Assembly: GCA_002269645.1 (NCBI GenBank)
Contig: NIVC01000996.1
Span: 1-64,000 of the forward strand
DNA from: Macrostomum lignano
Taxonomy: Eukaryota
Direction of reading: 5' to 3'
DNA length: 64,000 nucleotides
This document shows, in pieces, positions 1 to 12,381 of the stretch (the first letter of the stretch is position 1; every line of letters begins with the position of its first letter). The position numbers were made by a program, and so were the translations under genes. A model generated the notes under the pieces. That model was not told where the DNA came from and did no database searches. It saw only the letters and a list, made by a program, of their open reading frames with translations.

Positions 1-560
1 AATTGGACCCTGGCTCACCGGCAATTGCTACGGATCGATATTAGTCAACTGCAATTTGGCTTAATTGATGATTTCGTGGGTGGGGGTGAAGCGCAACGAT
101 ATGGCTACTGGTCGAGATTCAATTGGTTTTATTATCAGCGCCTTTCATTAGGAAACCCTGTGTTGAACTGTGAAATTCAATGAATAAACTTGCGAGCCTC
201 TCAGTGGAAAAGGCAGTGAATGTACGCACAAAAATTCAATGCTTTAAACTGGGAAGTTTTAAACGCAAAGTGTTCCTCAACTTTTAAAATTTGAGAGGAG
301 AGACTTATATTGCTGGAAAGATCTTGCAACGCTGGTTTCAAAGATGTAAGTTGTTTGCTTTAAAAATGAAAACTTAAAGCACAGCATTCAGAAAACGATA
401 ACCATGCTTTTAACTTTCTGCAAAGATTGTACTCATTTTTGCGATACGTAATAGATAAAGTTGAGGAGTTCAATTTCTTACTGCCGCTCTGCATTGGAGG
501 GGGGTCGGTCGCTGTGTATTGGAGGGTTTATTAAGATTGCGTAACCTTATTTTTAACTTT
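1..560 (+). mobile_element. Internal part of the family-B non-autonomous Helitron-like repeat, upstream of the RepHel gene
   Basis: Same ordered modules as the copies at ~9.2, 11.5, 14.1, 20.2 and 21.35 kb: ggaccctggctcac, gaaattcaatgaataaacttgcgag, gagaggagagacttatattgctggaaagatcttgcaacgctg, ctgtgtattggagggtt. Confidence 0.85.
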
Positions 561-863
561 CAGATAAAATTGGGGATTGCGTTCGCACATTTAAGCCAGC
601 TATCATTTGGAGTAATTTCAGTATTTGAGGAGTCGGGGGGGGTGGGTGGAGGCTCAAGTTATTTTTTTGACTAAAATCACGTACACTGGGCCTTTACTTA
701 CACTGAACTCTTACTTAATAGCGCGAAATTCCAATTCAGTTACATTTCCTTCGATATCAGAATAGAATTTGTCTAATATTCCGATTGAGCTATTTCCTTA
801 TTTTTTTGTCATTTGCTTTTGCTTTTTTGCCCATTTGCTATTCCCTATTTGCTTACTATAATA

Positions 864-3800
864 ATGCCAAAACGTGGTCGAGGAAGCCTTTCCCGCTCTA
901 CACGCGCTGCATCGGATGCCAAGAAGCGCAGGGCGTCGGAGACACCCGATGAGCGTGCAGCGCGCGTTGAGCGGGAGCGGCAGCATAGGGCCGAGAGAGC
1001 CGAGGGCGAAGTGGAGCGCCAGAATCGCCTCGAGTCCAATCGAATGCGCACAGCCGAAGCCGTGAGGCGAAGGCGAAGTGCAGCGCCAGCATCGCCTTGA
1101 GTGCAATCGACTGCGCACAGCCGGAAGCCGTGAGGCCGAAGGCGAAGTGCAGCGCCAGCATCGCCTTGAGTGCAATCGACTCCGCTTAGCTGAAAGCCGG
1201 GATGCTGAAGGCGAGGTGGAACGCCAGAATCGGCTCGACCACGACCGGCTGCGTGCTGTCGAAAGCCGTGAAGCCGAGGAGGAGGCAGTCCATCTGCATC
1301 GCCTGGAGGCGCAGCGGCAGCGCCAGGTCCAGTATCGCGCGGCTGAGTCCGCTGAGGACCACGACCGCCGTGTACACGCACAGGCAGAGTGGCGCCGAGA
1401 CAGGTAGGGTTCCTATATAAAATTTTATTCTGCTATTCTTATGTGTGGTAGCTCATAATCTGAGACTATTAAATTTTCTGCATGTGGATCTGGATTTTCA
1501 AGAATTCCTGATTAAAATACTCTATTTCATTACCACAGGCTGCTGGAGCTGGCACACCAGCCACATGTTCTCGGTCGCATGGACCGCCAATGCCCTCACT
1601 GCAGCGCGCTACGCTGGACGGACGAGCCAGCTAGCATTTGCTGCCATGCTGGAAAGGTGAGTTGATATTTATTGTTTTAGTTTACTTGAATTGCTGCCTC
1701 ATTTATGCCTCCTGTACTGTATCAAGCCTCTGACCACCTATGGAGTCATCGACAATTGCATGATTTGCTGCAGCCCGTCTCCGCATAAAAGCTACTTCAG
1801 TTTTTTTTCTAACACTGACAGACCGTCCTGGAGCAGCGCCGAGACCCGCCTGATGTTCTGAAGCGGCTGCTGACTGGCGAGCATCCGTTCAGCTCGCAGT
1901 TCCTGAAGGACATCAGGAAGTATAACGGCGCGCTCCATATGACCTCGCTTGGTTCCAGGCAGCGTGAACAGCCCGGGTGGAACCCAGCTTCATCCTCCAT
2001 GGTCAGATGCACCATCGGATCGGCAGCCTGTTGCCGGACCCAGGGGATGCGGCCAGGTTCTGCCAGGTCTTCTTTGTGGACCAAGAGCTGCAGAACAGAC
2101 TGCAATGGACAGCAGGTCTCAACGACACTTTGCTGCAGGAGCTGCAAGCTGTTCTGCATGATTGCAACAGCTACGTGCGCAGCCTGAAGTCCGCAGTCGA
2201 CTTGCTGCGCAGCGACCCGCAGCTGCAGAGCGCCAGGGTCGTCATCAACCCCGATGCCCGCCCATCTGGGGAGCATGTCCGACGCTTCAACTTGCCCGAG
2301 TGCAGTGAGGTCGGCATCCTGACGGACCTTGGCGATGCTGATGGCGTAGTTCAGGCGCAATGGCGGAGCGTGGTTTTGCGTCTGAGAGGTGGTGGTAAGT
2401 ACTTTAAGCGTCTTAAAAGACTTAAAATTTGGGTTGCATTGTAAAGTTAGATAATAAAATAAACGTTTTGGGTTATTCAGGTGTACATTTTGGTTGCTTT
2501 TGAACTGTAGTTTAGAATTAAATTACCCAACTGCATCCACAGGCCTCCAGGAGATCTCTGAGACCCATCGCTCCTACGATCCGTTGGAGTACGTGCTGCT
2601 GCTTCCGTACGGCGAGGACGGCTGGCACATTGGGCTCAAGAAGGATCGAGGCATCACCATGATGAAATACTACGCCTACTTGATCCAGGTGCGACCAGGC
2701 CAGTTCAACAGCCTGCTGTACGGTCGCCGGCTCTTCCAGCAGTTCCTGGTGGACCAGGCTGCCAAGATCGAGTCCGAGCGACTTACGTACATCCGGCAGC
2801 ACCAAACGGATCTGGTGTCCGAAAGTCTTCGGGGTCTCCGCGATGCGCTGCACGAGGACGACGGCAGGCCGGAAGAAGTCGGAAGCGTGTCATTCTTACT
2901 TCCAGCTACGTGGGAGGTCCACGGTACCGTCTGGAGCGTCAGCAGGATGCCATGGCGTATGTTCACGCCTTTGGCCGCCCAGACCTGTTTCTGACGATGA
3001 CATGCAACCCGAAGTGGCCGGAAATTCTGGCCGAGCTGCTTCCAGGGCAGACTGCCGTCGATCGGCCGGACATCACCCGGGTGTTCGAGCTGAAGAAGAA
3101 GGCCTTCTTAAACAGGCTTAAGAGTCTGTTTGGAGATACTCTGGCTCGAGTCTGCTCGCTGGAGTACCAGAAGCGAGGCAAGTGTACTTTTAAGCTTTAA
3201 ACTGTAGCATTAACTGTTGGCTCCATAACTTCGTAAATTTCAATAAAATTATTGATGATCAATTATCAATAAATTTTATCCACAACCAGGTCTTCCCCAC
3301 GTGCACGCGCTGCTGTGGCTGGCGAACAAGCTGAAGCCGGATCAGTACGACGCCGTCATCAGCGCGGAGATCCCGGACCCTGTCGCCGACGCCGACCTGC
3401 ATCAGCTGGTGGCGGAGAACATGCTGCACGGTCCCTGTGGGCAGCAGCTCAACTCTGCCGCGGCGTGCATGGAGAAAGGCAAGTGCAGCAAGCGCTACCC
3501 GAGGGAGTTCCTGGCCGCCACGAAGGTGGAGGAGGATGGCTACCCGCATTACTGCCGCAGATCCGTCGAGATGGGCGGCTTCACGGTGACGAAGCTCGCA
3601 AAGCTGCGTGGCGGTCAGAGGGTGATGTTCACCTTTGACAACCGCTGGGTGGTGCCGTACTGCCCAGCGCTGCTGCGCGAGTTTCGCTGTCACCTGAATG
3701 TCGAGATCTGCGCGACAGTTCGGGCCATCAAGTACGTGGTGAAGTACATCACCAAGGGTAGCGACATGGCAGCATACCAGATCCGTAAGGAGTCGGCGGC

Positions 3801-6551
3801 TGCTGCGAATGCCAGCGCTGATTCGGCCACTGAAGGACCACTGGCGATCGCCGGTCCGTCCACGTCGACTGGGACTGCTGCTGCTGCTGCTGCGACTTCC
3901 GCAAAGCGACACAAGATCGATGAGATCGACGAATACCTACTGGGCAGGTTCATCGGTCCAATGGAGGCGGTCAACACCATCCTGGGCTTTGAGGTTCACA
4001 GCCGATACCCCCCTGTGATCAGGCTCGCGGTTCATCTTAAGGACGAGCAGCGGGTCTTCTTCACAGACGAGACGGCTCAGGCTGTTGCTGCTACGCCCAA
4101 GGCCACGACTTTGACCGCCTTCTTCGATGTGAGTTTTGCAGAAAAAGTGCAATTTTTCAACTTTTTCCTCCTTCCTGTTAATTCCTGTTCTTATTCTTAC
4201 CGCCCAGCTTTGTCGCCATGACGATATCGCCCGAGGGCTGCTGTACCAGGAGGTGCCCCGGCACTTCACCTGGGACAGAAGTGCGCACCAGTGGCATCGC
4301 GCAGGTCGCGGCCGAGTCGCTGCTGATCAGCCAGCCGATGTTCTGACGACCAGCAACATCGGCCGCATCTACACAGTCAGTCCACGGATGGGCGACTGTT
4401 TTTACCTGCGCCTGCTGCTGGTGAATGTGCGCGGCCCGACTTCGTTCGAGGCTCTGCGCACTGTCGATGGAGTCCTGCTGCCGACCTTCAAGGCCGCCTG
4501 CCAGGCTCGCGGACTGCTGGAAGACGACAGGCACTGGCAGCTGTGTCTGTCCGAAGCTGCCCAGACGCGGATGCCTGCTGCTCTGCGCCGACTTTTTGCC
4601 GCAATTTTGGCGCACGGCGATCCAAGCGACCCCGTGAAGCTCTGGGAGGAGTTTTCCCGCGAGATGGCTGGCGACCTGCTGCACCAGGGCTTGAGCGCCG
4701 AGGCTGCTATGGCCGAAGTGCTGCGGTCGCTGCAGAAGCGGCTGGAGCGGATGGGCGGATCCGAGCTGTCTGCCTACGGCCTTCCTCAACCACTGGCAGA
4801 GCCGGATCAGGTAAATAAAATCACTTCTATGCACTGACTGTTAATTTTTTTTACCTTTATTTGCTAACTGATGACAGCCACTTTTCAATATCCAGACTCG
4901 GCTTCTTTCTGACTGCCTGCCGACGCCCCATGAAGCTGCTGAGCTGCAGTCCGAAGTGGATGCGCTGGTCGCTACCCTGACTGACGAGCAGCGAGCTGTC
5001 TTCGAGGCCGTGCAGTCCAATCTGACGGCCGGTGGCGGCGGGCTGCATTTCATTGACGCTCCTGGAGGCACAGGCAAGACGTTCCTGCTCACACTTCTGC
5101 TGAAGTCGGTTCGAGCAAGACGTCAAATCGCTGTTGCCGTCGCGTCATCGGGCATCGCGGCGACTATTCTACCCGGAGGTCGGACCGCCCACTCGATGTG
5201 AGTTTTGTGTCCGCATAAATATTTTATAAACTGTTAGTTTTTAAGCACAGAAAGTCATCCCTTATTTATCATCACAATTGACCATCCTCGCGATACCTGC
5301 CTACAGGTTCAAGATCCCCGTCTGCGCTGTACGGCAGGACAGCGCCTTCTGCTCCATCGGCAGGCGGAGCAAATTGGCGGAGATTCTGCGGAACGCCCGC
5401 CTCATCGTGTGGGACGAGGCTCCGATGACGCACCGCAAAGACCTCGAGATCGTCGAGCGGACTCTGCGGGATTTGCTGCACGGTGGGCAGCCGTTCGGGG
5501 AGCGCTGCTGGTGCTGGCTGGCGACTTTCGGCAGTTGCTTGCTGTTGTGCCCGGAGGGACGCAGGCCAACACGATCGAAGCCTGCCTGAATCGGTCGGTG
5601 CTGTGGCCGCACTTCCGGCAGCACCAGCTCACAAGGAATCTGCGGCTGGAGGGCGGCTCGGCTCTCCAAAGCTACGCGGATTTTCTTATGCAGGTGAGAA
5701 TCTCTGGAGTTTCTATGCTCTCATTAAGCATGCGAATTGAAGGAAAAAATTGTAAAATTTCATTCCACTTTTTCACCGTCAGGTTGGCAACGGGGAGCTG
5801 CCAGAGGACTCCTTGCTAGGTCTCCTTGCCTAGCGAGATCCTTCTGCCCGAGGACACAACCACTGAGCAGCTCATCCGGCACGTTTACCCGTCCTTTGAG
5901 CCGAGTGCGCAGCGTGACCAGATGTTCGCGGAGCGGAGCATCCTGGCGCCACTCAACAGGACGGTGGACGAGGCCAACGCCGCCTGCTTAGCGCTCTTCC
6001 CCGGTGAGAGCCGACTCTACTTATCTGTCGACTCGATTCCGAATGACGACACGGCAGCGACCAATTTTCCGCCGGAGCTGCTGAACCGGCTGGACCCCAG
6101 CGGTATGTCGCATCACCGACTGGAGCTGAAGGTCGGCATGCCGGTCGTCATGATGCGGAATCTCGACCCACCGCTGCTGTGCAACGGGACTCGGCTGCTG
6201 CTGCGTGAACTGCGTGACAACGTCCTGCTAGCGGAGGTAACCACTGGCGTCTACCGTTCGCGGCAGGTGTTCATCCCGCGGATCCCGCAGGAGCCGAGTC
6301 CGACAGAGGTTCCGTTCGTTTTCCGCCGTCTGCAGTTCCCGATCCGGCCGTGCTTCGCCATGACCATCCACAAGAGCCAGGGCCAGTCGCTGGGCACCTA
6401 CGCCGTCGACCTGACGACGGCTTGCTTTCAGCATGGCCAGCTCTACGTGGCTCTGAGTCGTGCGCGGAGTGCCGATGGCGTCAAAGTTCGGGCTCCAGGC
6501 GGACGGACGCGGAACATCGTGCTGCGCCAGCTTATCGGCAAGCAGAACTAA
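864..6551 (+). CDS. Helitron Rep-helicase (RepHel) transposase, 9 exons, ~1590 aa if frameshifts are corrected. Exons 864-1403, 1539-1656, 1822-2394, 2543-3177, 3290-4128, 4208-4810, 4896-5197, 5307-5693, 5783-6551
   Basis: Spliced translation gives CPHCSALRWTDEPASICCHAGK (Zn-finger-like), IRKYNGALHMTS, HRIGSLLP, SYDPLEYVLLLPYGEDGWH, RPDLFLTMTCNPKWPEI (Rep motif 1), EYQKRGLPHVH (HUH) and KYVVKYITKG (catalytic Tyr). PIF1 helicase motifs follow: DAPGGTGKT, WDEAPM, GDFRQL, FAMTIHKSQGQSL, HGQLYVALSR. Frameshifts near 1060, 1985, 2885, 5500 and 5822. Confidence 0.95.
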
Positions 6552-6599
6552 CTATTATCTGAACTGAACTGAACTGAATCATAGGCAGGATGAAAGAAA

Positions 6600-7290
6600 T
6601 ATATAGGTTTGAGTGACAGATTATAAGAGTGAGTGGCAAATTATGATAGCGAGTGACAAATAATGAGAGTGAGTGCCAAATAATGAGAGTGAGTGACAAA
6701 TTATGATAGCGAGTGACAAATTATGAGAGTGAGTGACAAAGTATGAAAGGGAGTTACAAATTTGAGAGCGATAATGCATATAAGAGTTCCAAATTATGAG
6801 AGTAAGTGAGTGAAAAATGATGAGAGGTAGTGACAAATTGTGGCAAAGTGTGGCAAATTATGAGAGTAACGAATTCGAGAGCGATAATACTTATGAGAGT
6901 GCCAAATTATGAGAGTGATTGAGTGAAAAAGGATGAGGGAGTTACAAATTTTATGAGTGAGTGAGTGAAAAATGACGAGGGAGTGACAAATTATCAGAGT
7001 GAAAAATTATAAGATTGATAAATTATGAGTGACAAACTATGAGAGTGACAAATTATGAGTGAAAAGTTGAGAGTTGAAAATTATGTGAGTGATAAATTAT
7101 GAGAGTGCCTAATTAAGAGTTTTGCAAATAATGAGAGTAACAAATTTGAGAGCGATAATACTTATGAGAGTGCCGAATTGAGAGTGTGACAAGTTATAAG
7201 AGTGAAAAATATGAGAGTGACAAATTATGAAAGTCAAAAATCAAAATCATGAGAGTGATGAATTATAAGAGTGACGAATTATGAGTGATA
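6600..7290. repeat. Degenerate minisatellite (tgagagtgacaaatta-like, ~16-22 bp units) downstream of RepHel
   Basis: Many imperfect copies of gagagtgacaaattat. Confidence 0.85.
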
Positions 7291-8424
7291 ATTTTGTAAC
7301 ATGAATAATAAACTACTGGCAAAACTGTTCCACTTACAGAGCTGCTGAATGAATTACAGATATAATATTTTAGTATAAGGGGATGCTTCTAAGAAAGCTC
7401 GGGCTCCTACCAATTTAGATCCAATTGCTGTATTTATTTTTCAGAATATTTTCGACGTACAAAGTATCCATACGTAATTATTTATATTAAACATTCTATT
7501 TCGTTCTGCATAATTTTCACTCAATTTTAAATCCTATTTTTTAAGTTAAAGATGATCGCGCTCAAATGCTATAAAGTAGGTTCCCAGTGTAGCTCTTAGA
7601 TCGCCTCCTAAATACTTATTTAGATTTTCAATCAAGTCTAAAAAACAACTCTAGAAAACAACCTTGATAATTATTTGCCCTTTTCTCTTCCCATTTCTCT
7701 CCACCTGTGCTTGCATCCCTATATTGTAATGCATTGCTTAAAACAAATATATGCCATACTGTACTCGGGGTGCGCAGGATTCAGAATACAAACAAGGCTG
7801 TCAATCATAGGCTATTAGTAACATGTATAAGTAATGGAAAGGCATAAAATTCACATGAATTTAAACTTAACAAGTACTTAGCCAAAGAGACTATCCCATT
7901 TATTCGATCGTTTCCTGCGTACCCCCCAATAATGTCTTTGAATTAGTTTTTATATTCAACAGAGGTGAAGGAATTCGAGTAGGGGTATTCAGCTAGCTGT
8001 GAAAGGAACGCAGCAACATAAGTACTTGAAGAAGTCAAGAAGTTGTAATTCAGTGCAGCTATACAAAGTAGTTTTGGTACTTTTTCCACCATTCTCACTA
8101 AGATGTACAGTCCTGCATGACTGCTATAGCTGACGGGCAGCCAATCAGTTTTTCGCACATTTAACTGCCTTACAATGAATTGGCAGAGAATGAGTAGCCA
8201 ACCAGCTGTTACAGAGTGATTCATTCAATTAATGATTTGCGCAAAGTGGCGGTCTATCACAGACTTTAGATTATCACAATTTTAGACTGACTGTGAACTC
8301 TAAGCTCTTAATAGAGAATGCCATAGCAGAACATTTAAGCTGCAATCGCACCCTAACGCTGACTCATATTCCTAAAGTTTGATTTGCATCAATTTCAGTT
8401 GACAGTGAGCACTTGAATTTTACA

Positions 8425-8756
8425 GCTTTATTATCGGTGCCTTTCAAAAGGCAGCCCTGTGTATTAGCTGCGCAGTGAAATTCAAGAGGTGGGGGGTCAA
8501 ATGCCGCGGTGCATTGGAGGGGGTGGGTCGCTGTGTATTGGAGGGTTGATTTACATAGATTGCGCAACTATAATGTTCACTTAATTGAGACTGATACTGA
8601 CTGCCTGAGAAATAGTTATGTCAATGTCAAAGCTGCTTCGTGTGACTTTTACTGAAACTGAGTTGGGTTATGGGATTCAGCTGATGGAGATCACTTAATG
8701 GAATTCCGGTGATAGGAGTTCTTCCCCTTTCTCCTCCAGCGGAGGAGTTGGCCTCG
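8425..8756 (+). mobile_element. Collapsed family-B 3' part ending in hairpin+CTCG; possibly the 3' end of the autonomous element
   Basis: ggaattccggtgataggagttcttcccctttCTCCTCCagcGGAGGAGttggcCTCG ending at 8756; no family-B 5' start seen upstream. Confidence 0.65.
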
Positions 8757-11122
8757 TCCTAATACTAAAACTGACGCGATGTTTGTCTGTCTGTCTGTAT
8801 GCATTAAGTGAACTCCTACAATTCTGCCAAGTCAGCGTCGAAACTTATATGGGAAAACTGCAAATTTTCCGGAGCAGGCTTTAGGCTATTTTAATTTTTA
8901 ATTTTCACATTTTAACATCCCTAAAAAAGCAGAAAACTGCTTTTTTAACCCCCAATAACCTTCTTTGGCCACTCTGACTGGGGCAGCAGCCAGTTTGTAA
9001 AAATAGCCACCCCAACCTCCGCCCGCGAGCCGCTGTGTATTGAGGGGTGGTGGGTGCGCGTGTTCTGGGTTCAATGCAAATAAAACCCCCCGCGTGTTGG
9101 GGGGCTGAGTTAAATTTAATGCTTAACCCAGAACGGGGGTTGGGCTTGGGCTGAGTGTACATAGCAGTTGTACAGTGTGAATAGATAGACTGTGTCGAGA
9201 TTCATTTGGTTTTATTATTGGCGCCTTTTTTCCATAGGCAGCCCTGTGTATTAGTTTGGCAGTGAAATTCAATGAATAAACTTGCGAGCTTCTCTAGCAA
9301 CTTAGCAAGCAGTCGGGAAATTGGTAAATTTCAAACGCTAACTGTTCCTCGAGTTTTAAACTTTGAGAGGAGAAACTTATATTGCTGGAAAGATCTTGCA
9401 ACGCTGAGTTCGGGATATAAGTTGTTTGCTTTAAATATGAAAAGAAAAAGCACAGCATTTAAAAAACTATTTGCATACTTTTAACTTTGCAAAAATTGTA
9501 CTCAGTTTTGCGAGACGAATAGATAAAGTTGGGGGGAGGGTTCAACTTCTCACTGCTGCTGTGTATTGGAGGGTTGATTTAGATTGCGCAATGTTTTTGT
9601 TAACTTTAACTGAGACTGATACTGACTGACTGTGAAATCGGTTGCGCAGTGAATTGATTCAATTAGTTCAATATTTTTATCAGTGCCTTTTAACACGAAG
9701 CTGTGCGTAGTTCTAACCCTAAACCTAGCCCTAACCAATGAATCCGAGAGTTGAGTTGTTTGACGGAAAAATTTTGATTGAGTCCAGTTTAGCGGAGACG
9801 ATTTCAATGTTTTAATTTTGACGGAGAGGATTTCTGTTTCGTGGAGAGGATTTCGATGGTGTTCAGCTTCACGGAGAGGATTTCTGTTTCGTGGAGATAA
9901 TTTATGATTGATTTCTGTTTTATGGAGACGATTTTGATGAATTTAAGTTTCAAGGAGAGGATTTCGAAGGAGTCCAGTTTCACGGAGACGATTTCGATGG
10001 TTTTCAGTTGCACGGACAGGATTTCTGCTTCGCGCGGAGAGGATCTTGATGGATTTGGCATCTTCAATCAGTCAGAGAAGAGAGTAAAGAGAAGAATGAA
10101 AAGAGAAGAGAGATGAGATGATAGAAAACAGAGTAGAAATGAGTGGAGAGATTAGACATGACAGATGGGAGAGAAGAGGGTAGTAAGGCGGGAACGAAGG
10201 AAGAGAGAAGAGAAGAGGAGAGAGGAGATGAAGGGAGAGGATATGAGAGAGGAGATATGAGATAGCAGAGAGGAGACAGGACAGAGAAGAAAAGAGGGAT
10301 AAGAGCGCACAGAGGCAATAGAAGAGAGGAAAGAGAGGAGAGAGGTGAGAGTTGAGAGGAGAGAGATGAAAGATCAGAGATCAGAGATTTAAGAGAAGAA
10401 AGTAGTGAGGAAAAAGAAGAGGGTAAAGATGAGAGTGCAGAGAGGAGAGAAACGAGAGGAGACAGGTGGTAGAAAGGAGTGTAAAAACAGGAGATAAGAA
10501 AGGAGAGAGTGAGAGTGAGAGCATATAGGAAAGTGTAAAAGGGGAGCAGAGTAGAGAGAATAGATAAGTGAGTAGAGAAGAGATATGAGAGAGGAGAGAC
10601 GAGGGGAGAGAGGAGACAGGAGTGAGTAAATTTGAAAGACCTGGGAGAAGAGATAAATAAGATAGTACATATGAGAGGAGAGAGATGAGAGATGAGAGAT
10701 GCAAATAGAAAAGAGATAAGTGAGAAAAGAGAGAGAGAGATTTGAGAAGAGAGGGGAGAAGATGAGAGGAGAAAGGAAAGGAGAGAAGAAAGAATGGAGA
10801 GGAGAGAAAAGAGAGGTGACAAGAGACGGTAGTAAGGAGGGCAGAAAGATGGAAGATAAGAAAGGAGATGGTGATATGAAAGATATGAGATATGAGAAAT
10901 GAGAGCAGAGACATGAGAGTCCGAGTCTGGACAATGCCAGTGAGTTTTTGCAAATAGGGAAAACAAGATATCCGGTAATTGAAATGCATTGTAGAGGATT
11001 TGGAGATGATTTGGAAGATGGGATTCAAGTCATGGAATTTCAGCTGATGGGAGTTCTTTCCCTTCAGAATTCCGGTGATGGGAGTTCTTCCCCTTTCTCC
11101 TCCAGAGGAGGAGTTCCACTCG
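8757..11122 (+). mobile_element. Family-B non-autonomous Helitron unit 1 (with GA-rich cargo)
   Basis: Starts TCCTAATACTAAA followed by a gtttgtctgtct microsatellite; ends CTCCTCCagaGGAGGAGttccaCTCG. Confidence 0.75.
10064..10940. repeat. Polypurine (GA-rich) low-complexity tract in unit 1
   Basis: Plus strand is almost entirely G/A; the first ~115 bp are shared with the tract at 12382. Confidence 0.9.
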
Positions 11123-12381
11123 TCTCTCTCTATATATACTAAAGTTGACGCGTTGTTTGTCTGTCTGTGTGTGTGTGTGTCATTTCGACAACTCCTCCTT
11201 GAATAGTGGCAACTCAGCGTTGAAACTTATATGGGAAGATTGGAAATAATCCGAGGTCGGCTATAGGCTATTTTAATTCTGAAATTTTAATTTCTTAGAT
11301 CCTCAAAAAAGCAGAAAACTTGAATCTTGACCTTTGATAATCTTAATTGTCCCCTCTTTCTGCTTGGAGCTGAAAAAATGCATGAATTTTTAGTGATTGC
11401 GCCACAACTTTTCCCTATCTCTGTAGTGTATTTTCTTTCCAGTGGGGGTTGGGAGCGTTCTCAGTGGCTGCGTGTGTACACTTGGACCCTGGCTCACTGG
11501 CTGACTGTATAGATAATTGCGCAATGATATGGCTACTGATAAGTTTTCCTGCCTTTCAATGGGCAGTCCTGTGTATTTGTTGGACATTGAAATTCAATGC
11601 ATCAACTTGCAAGCAGGCAGAGAACGTACACTCGATACTTCAATGCTATAAATCAGACAGTTTTAAACGCTAACTGTTCCTCGAGTTTTAAACTTTGAGA
11701 GGAGAAACTTATATTGCTGGAAAGATCTTGCAACGCTGAGTTCGGGGATGTAAGTTGTTTGCTTTAAATATGAAAAGAAAAAGCACAGCATTTGAAAAAG
11801 TATTTCCATACTTTTAACTTTCTGCAAAAATTGTACTCAGTTTTGCGAGACGTAATAGATAAAGGTTGGGGGAGGGTTCAACTTCTCACTGCTGCTGTGT
11901 ATTGGAGGGTTGATTTAGATTGCGCAATGTTTTTAATAACTTTAACTGAGACTGATACTGACTGACTGTGAAATCGGTTGCGCAATGAATTGATTCAATT
12001 ATTGCAATAGTTCAATATTTTTATCAGTGCATTTTAACACGAAGCTGTGTGTAGTTCTAACCCTAACCCTAACCCTAACCCTAACCCTAACCAATGAATC
12101 CGGAGAGTTAAGTTGTTTGACGGAAAAAAAATTGATTGAGTCCAGTTAGCGGAGACGATTTCAATGTTTTAATTTTGACGGAGAGGATTTCTGTTTCGTG
12201 GAGAGGATTTCGATGGTTTTCAGTTTCACGGAGAGTATTTCTGTTTCGCGGAGATAAATTATGATTGATTTCTGTTTTATGGAGACGATTTTAATGGATT
12301 TAAGTTTCAAGGAGAGGATTTCGATGGTTTTCAGTTGCATGGACTGCTTTGCGGAGAGGATCTTGATGAATTTGGCATCTT

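Noticed and set aside
7300-8420. Canonical hairpin+CTAG end for the autonomous Helitron
   Set aside because: No convincing GC hairpin followed by CTRR found by eye.
12057-12092. True chromosome end or telomere fusion
   Set aside because: Only 3-6 units, at a fixed position inside repeated elements.
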